Origin: Takakia lepidozioides
Taxonomy: Eukaryota > Plantae > Bryophyta
Assembly: GCA_030704615.1 (NCBI GenBank)
Contig: CM060731.1
Location: forward strand, 24,552,001 to 24,616,000
DNA length: 64,000 nucleotides
Reading direction: 5' to 3'
The position numbers and the translations under genes are program-made. Below are positions 37,901-50,600 of this stretch, piece by piece; positions within the stretch are counted from its first letter, which is position 1, and the number at the start of each line of letters is the position of its first letter. The notes below the pieces were generated by a model. The model worked only from the letters and a program-made list of their open reading frames with translations. It did not search any database and was not told the origin of the DNA.

Positions 37901-38490
37901 ATGAGGCAAAAGTTATGATGCAAAAGGATTCTCAAATTCGTGCATGGTTTCATGCGGCCTGGAACAATTTGTCAACACAGAAATTCGGACCTGACGATAT
38001 TTTCTTTAAAGGACATGAGGCATGGAAATACTTGCACAATTCACAAGTCGTTGGTACCCCACTCACCTGGACAGACAAGGAGCTCAGGGTCTTCACCAAT
38101 TTTGCAATTCAGCGCTTACAACAAGTTTTACAGTTTAAACTTCCAGACATGGTGGGACAACATTGTATGCCCCAGAGAATTCCAGTTAGAGTTCGACCGT
38201 TAAAACCCCTTAGGGGGGACGAGGATTCTGATACTACTGTTTCTTCAGCGGACTCTTTTGACATGGCAGAGGACTATGCAATTCAGATGGCAGAGAAGAA
38301 GCGACGGGGGTCTCCTATGCCTGAAAGATTACCTCGATATCAGCCTCCAGAGGGACTGACATATCCAGGTAGTGTTCAATCATCTCCCTCAACCAGTGAC
38401 AGGACACGGGCTCGCACACGGAGTCCTTCACGAGACTCTAACCGTCAGAAGGGTGCTCGCTCACAAAGGGTTACAAATCCCAAACAGTAA
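34933..38490 (+). pseudogene. Extra 3' sense ORF of family A (~1185 aa): plant-transposon-protein-like N-domain, long coiled coil, globular C-domain
   Basis: A single frame from ATG 34933 to TAA 38490 with five in-frame stops (35581, 35761, 36091, 36241, 36589) that are sense codons in copy 4. Confidence 0.8.
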
Positions 38491-38528
38491 ACCGTGAGGA
38501 CACGACTTTTTGAGAGGGGAAGGGGTAA

Positions 38529-39587
38529 TGTTAGAGGACTGTCTGGGACTTAGGCACTTTTATGGGTTCTGTGGGGTCTGGGACTTAGACGCTTTTACGG
38601 GATCTGTGGGGTACCCTTAATTTTTACACAGACTGAGGAGCCTTAGGGGTGACAACAACAGGCTTTAGGGGGGAGATACACAGCCCGTCAAAGCCAACAC
38701 AGCCAACACAGCCCGTCACAGTCCAACACAGTCGACACAATCAGACACAGCCGTCACAGCTTCGCACAGACTACACAGCCGCCACAGCTTCGCACAGCCC
38801 TACACAGCCCGACACAGCCAGTCACAGCCCGACACAGCTTCGCACAGCCCTACACAGCCCGACAAAGCCAGTCACAGCCCGCCACAGCCTGATACAGCCA
38901 ATCACAGCTCGGCACAGCTGGGGAACAGTTATCATTGGCAGGGAACGACGGTGGGGGAACGACATCTGAAAAATGAACGTGTACTACAGGGATGACGGTT
39001 AGTTAGGAAAGCGGTTAGAACAGCTTGTAGGTAGAAAAAGCGAAGAGCGGGGAGGTCTGGGATCACTTGGAGGGACTACTTCTGGGGGGAGAAGGACTTC
39101 TGGAGTTTTTTCGGGCATCAGAGCTGGGAAATGAAGCGGAGAGCACATCTTTGGGTAAAAAGAGGGAGAGCACGGAGTAGGAGGAGAACGATCTGTTGAT
39201 GCTTGATGAATGCAAGCAGTAGAGTTGTAATGTAGAGCAGATTAGAGACTCCATGGCTTCAGCCTGATACTTGATAGATATTAATCTGATACATACTTCA
39301 TACTCACACTGTGTAGAGAGATCTGAGTGAAGCTATGGAATGAATGGATGAGTTGATGGAATCCGATAGATTGCTAAAGCAATCTGATACTTAAATACCA
39401 ACAGTAAGGTAACTAGCTAACATGAATACGGGAAGGAATACAAATAGGAAACACCCCCAAGATACACTAGTTGTAGGTCATGACTGATTGTTCTGAGCGG
39501 GCTGAGTGCTTAGAGATTTCCAACTCTTCTATCTTGGAGTTCCCACCTCGGATAGCAAAGGGATGGGTGAGTAAAAGCCGCGCGACA
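38529..39587 (+). repeat. LTR family A, 3' LTR of copy 3
   Basis: Preceded by PPT GAGAGGGGAAGGGG. TGTTAG...GCGCGACA, followed by unrelated Gypsy pol. Confidence 0.93.
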
Positions 39588-42540
39588 ACCACATTGTCCC
39601 GTCCCGGTTTGTACTGGATATCCACGTCGAACACCGCCAAAGTGTCTTGCCACCTAAGTTGTTTTGGGGACAACTTAGGCTGCGTGGCAAAATACTTCAC
39701 CGTGACATTGTCCGTAAACACCTTCACCGGGCTGGAACCAACATAGTGGCGTCAAAGCTCAAGGCAATGCACCACCACGTTCATCTCTTTCTCGTGTGTT
39801 GGCCACCGTCGCTCCACTTCATTTAGTTTCTTACTTTCGTAAGCCACTGGACGTCCATCCTGCATGAGTACACCTCCAATCGCGAAGTCCGACGCATCCA
39901 TATGAATCTAAAATGGGCGGTCGAACTCCGGGATTTTCAGGACTGGAGCTTCCGCCATCCGCTCCTTCAACTCGGCAGAAGCTTGGCCACAAAAGGTGTT
40001 CCATACCCAGACTTTGTATTTACATAGGAGGTCTGATAGCGGCCCCGCGATCTTGGCGAATTTTCTCACATACTTTCGGTAATAGGAGGTGAGTCCTAAG
40101 AAGAATCGCACTCCTGGGACCGAAGTCGGAGGCTCCCAGTCCAAGATTGCTCCCACCTTTCTGTCATCCATTTTGATCCCATCCTGTGTAATCACATGCC
40201 CCAAGAACTCCACTTTTGTGACCCCAAATTCGCACTTTGAAGCTTTGGCATACAGCTTCCCTTCCCACAATTTCTACAACACCCTTTTGAAGCGCTCCAG
40301 GTGCTCTTCCTTTGTTTTCGAGTACACCAAGATGTCGTCGATGTACATGATCACAAAGTCGTCCAACCACTCCTGGAAAAGGCTGTTCATTAGCGTGCTA
40401 AAGGTTGCGGGTGCGTTGATGAGCCCAAAAGGCATCACCAAGAACTCATAGGAACCATACCTTGTCCTGCACGTGGTCTTTTCCTCATCTCCTTCCGCCA
40501 CTCGAATTTGATGATACCCGGAGCGCAAATCGATCCGGCTGAAATACTTCGCTCCTGCCAACCGATCAAAGAGGTCGTCGATCCTTGGCAAAGGGTATCG
40601 GTTTTTTATAGTCACCTTATTCAGAGCCCTGTAATCGACACACATCCGTAGCGTCCCATCATTCTTGTCTGCGAATAGCACTGGGGCTCCGTAAGGTGAC
40701 TTACTCGGCCGGATGTACCCCTTTGACATTAGATCCTTGAGCTGAGTCTTCAGCTCGACCAACTCTTTGTGGCTCAACCGGTAGGGCGCCTTGACAGGCG
40801 GCTCCGACCTCAATCTTGTGGTTGTCAAGTTAAATAAACACAGTGTGAAACTAACTAGAATAAAGCTAGTTATTTGTATTTAACACTTGGATTTAGTTCA
40901 AGTGTTAAGTCAGGTGTCAAGTTTAGTTTGACACCTGAACCGTCTTATCTTCACGAGAGCGTCAGTCGTGCGGCTCATCTCTCTCGAGTTGAGCCTACAC
41001 GACCGAGCTCCTTCACGCATTAGAATCAGAGTGTGTTTATGTAGGGAGAATAGGTTGTTGGGGGTGGAGTCCCTCTAGCTTGGGGTGCCCTTGGCTCGAC
41101 TTCTACTTTAAAGAGTGATGAGTGATGGTGTTGGTTTTCATGTTTCTTGTGTCAACAATGTGTTTTTAGTTATCTATCATTGTGGCAGACTACTTTATTG
41201 TGCATATATGTGTGGTGTAGTTTGGACTACGATGTAGTTGTGTAGCGATATGTATGCGCACGACATGGTCAACTCCTCTTCGCGGTGGCAAGCCGCTTGG
41301 TAAATCCTCCGGCAAATCCCCTTGATCCAATCTGGGCTCGGCTCTCCATCGCCTTCTCCCTTCACTTGTCTTACGTAAAGCAAAAACTGGGGCTCGTGTC
41401 GCTCCTCCACGGCCCACTCCTTTGTTGATAGCACGTTTATTCGTCCTCCCACTGGGTTGGGCGCTTCCGAAACTCGCGCTTCCAAAACTCGTAAAACTTC
41501 GCCACCATTCCCACATGGTAGCGTGATTATTCTCTTGCGGCCATCTATGACCGCTCCTGATTTGCTCAAAAAGGTCATCCCCAAAATGAGATCCACTCCA
41601 TCGATCTCGCAAAATGGTGAAGTTCTCATGTCCCTCCTAACTCCTGAGCTGAAGAGGAACATCGAACGCCAACCTCGTTGCCAATTGTGGTTCTCCTTTA
41701 GCAGAACGCACCTCAATAGAAGCCCCCACATCACTTGTCAGGAGTCCCAGCTTCCGTGCCGTTGCCAGTGTCATGAAGGAGTGCGACGCTCCTGTGTCCA
41801 CCAACAACGACACGTTAGTTCCCGAAATTATCCCACTCACGTACAATAACTGACTCCCTTTACGCAGGGCGCCAGTCTCCTGATACAACTCACAAGAGTA
41901 GTTGCCTACCTTGCAAGTCTTGGCAACCACTGCCTCCACCAAGCGGCTAATGGAATCCTCGGACAACTCCGTGGTTGCCCGAGTCATGTTCAATTGTCGG
42001 GGTTTTGCGCACTTATTTGCCATGTGCCCGGGTTCCCCGCAATTAAAGCACACTCCATCGAAGGTCGCCTTCTGTCCACCATAAGCCGCCGCACCTAGTT
42101 TTCCTTTCGGGGCACCGGGTATCGTCTTGACGTGTGAGGGCCCTCCCTTCGATTTCCATGTGCCATTGTCGCCACGTGGCCTATCCCACTTCTTTTCCGG
42201 TCGGAAGGAGTCACCTTCCCGCCAAACTTTCTTGTGGTTCAGCTCCGTACGGCCTTGTCTTTCGCCCCTAGGGACATCCGAGAAACATTCAGCCCTTTCA
42301 ATTGCCTCGTTCAAAGTCTTAGGTGGCTTCTCCTCCAACTTCCGTCTGGCCCATGGGGCCAGTCCCGCCACAAAGTTGAAGACCATTTCTGGTTCCGCCA
42401 TGTCCGCGACTTTGAGCAACACCACGTTGAAAGCCTAAACATATCCCCGAATGTCATCCGTTTGCTTCAGATTCCTCATCTTGTCTCGGGCTCCCCTTCA
42501 AGTCATAGTTACTCGGTCTGATGTGCGCGCCTAACTCCCT
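39588..42540 (-). pseudogene. gag-pol: Chromovirus-type Ty3/Gypsy gag-pol remnant (gag, CCHC, PR, RT, RNase H), cut by LTR A
   Basis: [62 protein letters not shown] style is typical of chromoviruses, but the INT/chromodomain is not in the window. Confidence 0.85.
40823..41265 (+). mobile_element. Solo LTR-like insertion, family B, 4-bp TSD TGGT
   Basis: TGTCAAGTTA...GCGCACGACA with TGGT at 40819-40822 and 41266-41269. Excision restores GVDHKIEV of the host pol. Confidence 0.85.
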
Positions 42541-43191
42541 AACTGGCTGCCGGGCCAACTCGGAGCTTCGGCTGCTCACCGGGACATAACGATCCCTTTA
42601 CTCCTCCACAAGACCCTCTCCCAATTTGGGCCTAGTGGAAATTCCCTTTGGTCGATGGCAGTCCGGAATAACTCCCCACACCTTGGTCGCTTTCCGGCTC
42701 GCATGCTTACTCACTAGTTTTTGGTCACCAACGGGCTTGCACCGTTCTTGGGGTTACTACTCCCTATATATACTTCTGTGACTGTCCGCGGGGGTTTCAC
42801 AAATAACACCACCATTTTATGGCGAACCACCACGAAAACCCTCAATTCCCGGTGATGAGTCACGGTGAGTCTTGGCCCACCCACCACGGTCCCCTTAGAC
42901 CGTGATGAGTCCCAAGACTCCCCACGACTCCCACCACAAGGTCTCCGCCCCCATGGTGAGTCCTATGCCACCCCCACTAAGTCCCACTAAAGCTACCACC
43001 ACCCCTCGTGGAACCACCCCCACCGCAACCCGGTGTGTGGGGCTCCACCTAGCGAGCGCCTCCGCCTTCTTGAGTGCCTTGGGCACTCAAGGGTGCTTCA
43101 GCCCCCGCATCTATTGTTGTCACTGCCCCCACCACAGGGGCAGCCCCTCTCGTGTCCCGACTCCCTGCCCTCAAGGCAAAGGGCCGCGACA
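42541..43191 (-). repeat. Probable 5' LTR remnant of the chromovirus-type element
   Basis: Starts TGTCGCGG on the - strand exactly where the neighbouring gag ORF is cut. TATA-like TATATATA at 42765-42772. The PBS and gag start appear deleted, and there is no second copy to confirm it. Confidence 0.4.
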
Positions 43192-44004
43192 CTCAACTTC
43201 TCTGTCCTCACCCCTTGGTAGTTCCTTCTCAACTCTTCGAAGAACTCCACAACAGGGTTGAAGGCAGGCACTGCCACTGGCGCTGGTGCAGCGGTAGCTT
43301 GGGTGGACGTCGTAGTAGCTGTACCACTAGTCTCACTACTGCTCGTGGAAGCTGCTGTTGTAGCTGCTGCTGGTGGTGCAGCTGCCGGTGTGGCTGCTGC
43401 CCTTGTGCCTCTAGTGCCTCTAGTGATGGAGACATAGTCGGGTGACCAGTACATCCTCCACTCCCTCGATCTCAACATCGTGCCCCCGCCTAAACTCATG
43501 ATAATCATCCATGGGCGGCCCCTCAAGGTGCTGAAACAGCCCCTTCCATGCCATGAAAGGCGTAAACAGTTGTGGATTGCGCATTTGCTGCAAGTCATAC
43601 CAACTATCAAACTCTTGGATAAAATCATCCAACTCAATGGTGCCCACCATCCCAGAGTACCTACGTAGCCCATTGGTGGCTCCATACATCTCCTCCATTG
43701 TGTCCCAGAACAATGGCAAGGAAACAACTTGCACCGCCAGTGTGAGTCCTCCTGATTCACAATCCGAATCAGAACCTTCCGTAGAAGACACAGGAGGTGA
43801 AGGTGGCCTAAACTGCACACCCCGTCTCGTTTACCCGCTAGTATCGCTAGTGCTCGTACCGACACTTTCCCCAGCAACTAGTGGCACCTCCGTGTTGACA
43901 AACTGACACTCAACCGGTCATGAACCTGTCTCTAACCCCCTCTCCACAAGGTATTCGGGTAGAGAACCTGATGCGGCTTATGGTTTGGAATTTACTAGGT
44001 TCAT
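43192..44004 (-). pseudogene. gag-like N-terminal fragment of a third retroelement family
   Basis: LRRYSG...LDDFIQEFDSW...AWKGLFQHLEG...FFEELRRNYQG resembles a retrotransposon capsid N-domain. Frameshifted. Confidence 0.45.
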
Positions 44005-46109
44005 AATATAGCCTGCACCTGCACATGCATCCATCGCAGGCACTCCTATGGTTGGCTGGTCATCACCTCCAACCTCACCACAGGAAAAACAAAGATGGTC
44101 TGACTGGTCATCAACCCAGCCTCACCATCGACAACATGCTCTAGGGTTGGATCGGCGATCAAGCCCGAGTCAACCACGTATAAAATCAAGCGCCCACACA
44201 AAACTAGCATAGCGCACAACGAAGCATGCAGGTGTAGAAGGGATCCAAACACAAGAATGAATAAAACAACTCCCCCACACCAAAAACAACTCCACAGTGT
44301 CGCTCCTGCAACCCAGCCCAAACCTGGACTGACTCTTGCCTCCACCTACGGAAAGGTCTCGGCCTACAGAGAAGGTGGAAAGCTACGAGGAAGGGAAGCT
44401 AAAGCAATGTCTATCCCCAACACGCTCTCGCCCCAACACCCTCTTTTTTCCTCTCTTCTCTCACTTGCATGACCATGAGAACATCCTGTAGACACTCCTC
44501 AAACCGCCCTCCACGAGCTCATGAAACTTGGCCTCCAAGGCCCCATGCAAGCCTCCATAGGGTCCGCCAGTGCCTCCTTACGTCCACCAGCCATTCCTCA
44601 GAATGGAACCACCTCAGGAAACCACGCCGTTCATTGAAGGATAAAAAATGGAGCAAATAGAGGTACATATAGCCCCCAACTACATTCTGTCCAAAGGAAT
44701 TACCTGCAGGCTGGTCTCCCCATAGTTAAGAATTGGGCTGAAAACCCGAAAAGATTACCTGCAGGGAAGTAATCCCCTTTGTTAGAACGCAACAGGGAGG
44801 CAATTCCGACTTTTCTGCCGGATCAGCTAGCTCAAAACCGTTGTTCTACAGAGCCCAAACCTCCCCATCAAGGTCCCACGAAACGAGTGAAAAAAGTTTT
44901 TTTTTTTTCCACTCTGCCTGTTCGCAGCCTTCCTTGGCTCCAACCGCCACGACTCCTCATGGCCCGCCCTAGGCACTCGTTGGCCACGGGCTGCCTCGTG
45001 ATACCCCGTGGTACCACTCCCACGAGCCTTCACGGCCCACCATTCCCACGATTTGGTTACTGTGCCCACCCGTTGTATCCGCACCACGACTTCCAACGTT
45101 CACGGTCAAAGGTCACAATCAACAGTCATGACCTGGGCTCGTGGTATCTCATGATACCGCACCAACGGCCCACCACGACCACTATTCCCTGCGTTCCCTG
45201 GAACTCCCAACGAGTTCTCATGCGTTCCCACGAGTTCCCATGCGTTCCCACGCGTTCCTGAGTTGGGGTTTGCTCCTGCACCTGCTGCCATGCTCTCTTG
45301 GTATCTCACGACCCACTAGAGGCACCCTAAACTCAATAAGCAAGCAATATGCTACCCAACAAGCTCCATTTTCTTCGTGAAGCTCACAAAAATGAATATG
45401 AAAATACACACATTTACAAACTTGGTGCACCTACACTTCTCATGCATATCCCCTGGCTCTAGGGCGCCTCATTGCTGCCCTTCCAGCCCCGCTTTTGCCA
45501 CTCCAAGAGCCCTTACACTGCGGAGTTTCAGATTGAAACTCCAACTCAGCACATGTTTCACAAGTGCACTGATTTGCACACAAGAGGGACCAGCCCCCTT
45601 TCTTCACTCATACATCTTCATGAGCTTGGAGCTCAAGCTCCCAACGGGCTGCGATGCATCCCCTCGCAGCTCCACCATTCGGCTGCTCCTCATCTACCCG
45701 CAACAACTAGTTTCGGGCAGAAATACCTGGAGCTGATCATTTCATCTCCAACCTGCAACATGCTAGCTTCCCATGCGCAACCCATATTTCTGCAGCTCCT
45801 TAACTCGGCCTGTAGCTGAAGAAGACGACCACCAGTTCGCCCACTCGTGGCCAGCATCTCCTCCGCTTCACACTAGAAGCCCAAACTTGGTTGCCATAAC
45901 GTTGAGCTATGCAACGCCGCTCTTCAACATAGACTACCCGCCTCTCTATCCATTGCAAACCTGCAACCTGTTCGCATTTGCACTCTATCCACTTTGGATA
46001 GGCTCATACACGGATCCCTGCACTCTAGGCTGACCGCTTCTCATGAAAACACAAGTGCTACAAAACTACTCGAACCTGGCACTCACAGACTCGAGCTGAT
46101 CTTTCTCGA

Positions 46110-47358
46110 GTGATAAAGAAAGGAAAGATACAAGCACACAAGCTCTCTCAAACTCACACATTTGCATATGAAAACATCACTCATATATTAAGTTGAGCCA
46201 AGTGCACCCCATGCCATGGGGAATCCACACTACAGCGCCATAGCTAGACGCGGTGAGGCTCAACTCGAGAAAGATGAGCCCACTGCGATCTGTCGTGAAG
46301 ATAACAACACCAGGTGCCCAACATGTATTGGCCCCTGGATTGATACTTGGGTCAATCTCAAATGTCAATATATAAAAGCTAGCTATTTCCTAGCTAACTT
46401 CACACTAGTGGTAAAATAACTTGACACAGTGGACATGACTAGAGGCAGCTAACAAGACATAGGAGGCCAAGCTCATAGGAGTCAATACACGAGATCTCAG
46501 GTTCAAGTTCACAGGTTACAAGACGGTGACTAACGATGGGGCAACTCTTGCACCCGGCCTCTTGATCTATTGAGTTTGAGTGTAGTAGGGACAGTGGTGG
46601 AGGACTTAGTGAGGCTATGGTCACTATCACATCTTGTGGCTACCTAGACTTAGAGGGACCTAAGCACCAGCTAGGGGGGCGATTGTGTGGACTAGTGACT
46701 GCCATAGTGGGCAACATAGTGGTTGGACTAGTGGCTAGACTAGTGGTGGACTAGTGGTATACTAATGTGTGGTGTACACATGTGTTGTGTGGTTTTGGAC
46801 AGCGATGTAGTTGTGTAGCGATATGTATGCGCACGACAGCTGTCAAGTTATTTTACCACTAGTGTGAAACTAGCTAGGAAATAGCTAGCTTTTACACATT
46901 GACATTTGGGATTGGCCCAAGTGTCAATCCATGGGTCAATGCAGATTTAGGCCCTGGAGTGGTTATCTTCACAGCAAGCGCGGGAGGCTCATCTTTCTCG
47001 AGTTGAGCCTCACCACGCCTAGCTATGGCGCCGTAGTGTGGATTCCCCATGGCGTGGGGTGCACTTGGCTTGACTTGTATTTGAGTGATGAGGTTATATA
47101 TGCATAAGTTTATGCTTCAGCTTTGTGAGCTCGCATGAGCTTGTGCTTGTATTCTTCTTCTTTATCTATTTGTGTGGACTAGTGACTGCCATAGTGGGCA
47201 GCACAGTGGCAGCCTAGTGACTGACTAGTTGTAGCCTAGTGGTTGGACTAGTGGCTGGACTAGTGGTGGACTAGTGGTATACTAGTGTGTGGTGTACATA
47301 TGTGTTGTGTGGTTTTGGACAACGATGTAGTTGTGTAGCAATATGTATGCGCACGACA
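46110..47358. repeat. Cluster of LTR family B sequences: inverted 5' part (46110-46426), 3' part (46683-46838), full unit (46841-47358)
   Basis: TGTCAAGTTA starts at 46426(-) and 46841(+). GCGCACGACA ends at 46838 and 47358. Same termini as 40823-41265. Confidence 0.75.
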
Positions 47359-47640
47359 AAGGTGTCGTCAACGACTCTTTATTCTGGCTGGTCTTTTGGT
47401 GTGCTATTTGGGATGAATGACATCTACAATTTACTCGGCTTATGATTCGTTGTCATGTCCTTCTTCCAAGTGACCAGAAATCCATGCTGGGTAAACGCCA
47501 GGTCTTTTGTTGCAAAGCAAGGGCCGGGTTCATTTGCAAGTTTTTAAAAATAATAAAATAATAAAAATAGTTTTATTATTATTTTTTATTTTATTTTTGC
47601 CCGAATGTGCCAAATTAAGGTGTCGTCAACGACACCTTAA

Positions 47641-50600
47641 CCCCTAATGGATGAGGCTGTTTTTGGTGGGCCCACTCCAAAACAGCACATACCCTCACAG
47701 ATGAGGGTATATCTCCCAACTAAGAAACATCCACAGGGATGAACCGTATGAAAGGGATGCTACCTACCTCATGCACCTGCTGTAAGACTTTCAGCCCATT
47801 TCACCGTGTCATTAGGAAGATTATAACAAAATGGTAAGCTCTAAATCTGTAGTGTATTCCAATTTTAGAGGGAAAAATTGGTTTGACCAGGCAGTTGGAC
47901 CAAAAAAAAAAAATTCCTTGCAAGACCCCAACCACATTCCAATTCTCAGGCACCTAAAGCAACTTGCCCCAAATTTGCAAAGCAGAATTCCAAAATCTGC
48001 ATAGGTTCATTTGTATGGGAAAACAGGGGGGGGGTCAAAAAACACTATTTGCTTCAATTGGCCTGTAATTCAGCCATAGGGGTCAAAATTGGCATTGGAA
48101 CCAGAATTCCAACGGTGGAATTGTTCCTCCTATGATTTCCTACTACCTCCAAAGAGAATTTCTGAATTCTAACCAAAATGCAGGCATAGATTTCTAAGTA
48201 GGTGTATTTCTACTTGAATCCCAGCTCAGGCCATGTATTGCCTGAGCCGGTCGACAATTCCGGCTACAAAAAAGGGGCTACGTCACCGATTTACACAAAA
48301 AACTCGGGGGACCCCAAAATCGACACCCAAAAAAGGGCCCGAGAACGCCCGACATTTTGGCGTTCCACCCGATAGGCAACTGGAAAACTAACAACTACCA
48401 ACCGTCACGAATGTGGCCCATCTGTCTTCAAGCTCCCCGTGAGCACCTGCTTTACCTTTGAATGCAGCGAACCCAAACCACACACCACCCCGAAGACATG
48501 AACCACGAACTGGGGGGAGTTGAACCCCCCCGATCTGCCCAGTGTGCAGACAGTCCTCCCCCCCCCCCCCCCTCCCCCCAAGCAGCAAACAACACCCCCA
48601 AAACCACAACCAGCAAGCATGACTGCTCCCCCCCCCCCCCCGCCCCCCCAAAACTGTGAAACCACCCAAACACAACGCACACACGCCAACACCGAAGGAC
48701 CCCCATCACCTCCACAACCCCTCAACCAGCAGCAAAAGATCCCCATCACCCCCACAGCCTGTGAACCATCACCAGCCCTTCCCCCATCACCAAAATAGCC
48801 CACAATGAGCAAGCAATAGACCCCCATGACCCCCCCACTCCCAAAACTACCCATCAACCAGCAGTAGCATGACCCCCACACCCCTCCACTGCCTATGAAC
48901 CATCACCACGAGCCCCCTATGACCCCCATTGCCCGTCAATTAGCATGGACACACACAACCCCCTAACCTGAGAAGTACCCATACCCACCACAGATCAGAG
49001 ATACCCACACCCCACGCCCCACGCACACACGCTATCCACAGCCTCCAGCATACCTACATGCAGTCCCACACCCTGGTGAACCCCCACCCACACAAATATA
49101 TGCACACACAAAGAAAAAAGACGGTGCAGCAAGCCATAATTCAGTCACCTCAAGGCATGCCGGTGTGCCTCATTCCAACACCGCCCAAGGCACAAGTGGT
49201 TGCTATCGCAGCCAGGGCAATAATGGTGAGCACGAACATGGCACATGACACACACTCGCCGCCGTGTGGTGGGAAGGCACTGACGCACAAACGTGCATTC
49301 TGAATCCCCCGTGGTGTCAATGTTGTGAATGCAGCAGCCCCCTGTCAAACCATATGCCACAGCCAGATTGAATTACAGATGGGTCATGGCCCGACGCCCC
49401 CTCCTTCTCTCCATTGCAGAATGCAAGATAAAGGCATTCACTAGCGTGGTATCCATAAGAAAAAAAAACAGACGATGCCACCATTTCTTTGTGCGCAGCT
49501 GCAAGCTGTACGCACCCCTAAGCTGGTCTTGCACATCTACCCCTCACATGTATGTTTGGTATTGCACATGTGCAGGCACGGATGGCACATGCACTCTCTG
49601 GTTTCCCACAAAACGGCGGACAATCACAGGAGAGGAAGGGCTGCAAGCTGGCCTAGCTGCAGATGACAGTAAGAATACACCTTTCTTGTCCCACCACAAC
49701 ACAACAGCCACCTCCCTGGACTCATGCATCCTCTACCATGACTGCCCTTGCTGGCAGTCTTGGATATTTTCATTTTCAGCAAAGAGGGAGGGAGACCTTT
49801 TTTGTTCACTCTTACCGTGCCAATGGCCCAAGTGCCAAGTTTGGCCATGTCATATAGAAGCTGGACCCCTATAAAGTAATTATCAGTCACAATGACATGG
49901 CCCAGACCATGCAGCCCGTCGGCAAGCCGGCTGACCACATCGTAACCTTCTTCCTTCCCACTTTTCTGCCTCTCGCCATCTGGCCCTCCTGCATTCTTAC
50001 TAGCGTACACTGAAAAGTCGTAGAAGTCTTCGAGTCAGCCAAGGCCCACACCTTGATGCCCCATTTGCATGGTTTCTTAGGCATATACATCATAATTGGG
50101 GAGTACTTCCCCTTGTAACGGATCATCACCTCGTCGACAGTCACCATTTTGTTCAGATTCTAGAGACTTTTACACCTATCCACAATCTCATCACACACCC
50201 ACCTAAGCTTATCATAATTGCGACTCTTACGATCTGCCACCAACGTGGCGTCGTCAACAAGATGCAAACAGCGGAGTATGGCCTCATACCTATATCGAGT
50301 CATCACTTTGCGGATGACAGGACAAGCGAAGAATGTCTCCGAGTGTTGCCAGTAAAATCGTGTTTGGGGCAACTTCTTCATGCCCATGAAGACACAAACT
50401 CCAATCCAAGCCTGGAGCTCAGGAACAGTGAGCTCTTTCCACCAAGGCCCCCCACGAGTGTCTGTACCGAAAGGTTCAGCAACATAACGATTGGACTCCC
50501 TACATATTTGCCCAAGCACCTGTCGCCTCCAAAACAAACCATAAAACCAAATCGGATGTGAGCCCTTCATCTCAGGCAAGCAGGGACTAGGTTGAGAGCC

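Larger units (their letters stand above)
15821..39587 (+). mobile_element. Family A copy 3 (5' LTR reduced to 15 bp; contains copy 4)
   Basis: AAAAGCCGCGCGACA plus PBS 15838-15855, ORF0, gag-pol split by copy 4, 3' ORF, PPT 38512-38525 and 3' LTR 38529-39587. Confidence 0.88.

Noticed and set aside
653-39592. One giant element from LTR 658 to LTR 39587
   Set aside because: The flanks TATAC and ACCAC do not match, the flanking sequences are unrelated, and a second PBS lies at 15838.
48388-48881. G/P-rich ORFs inside piggyBac
   Set aside because: Low-complexity poly-C tracts with no coding signal.
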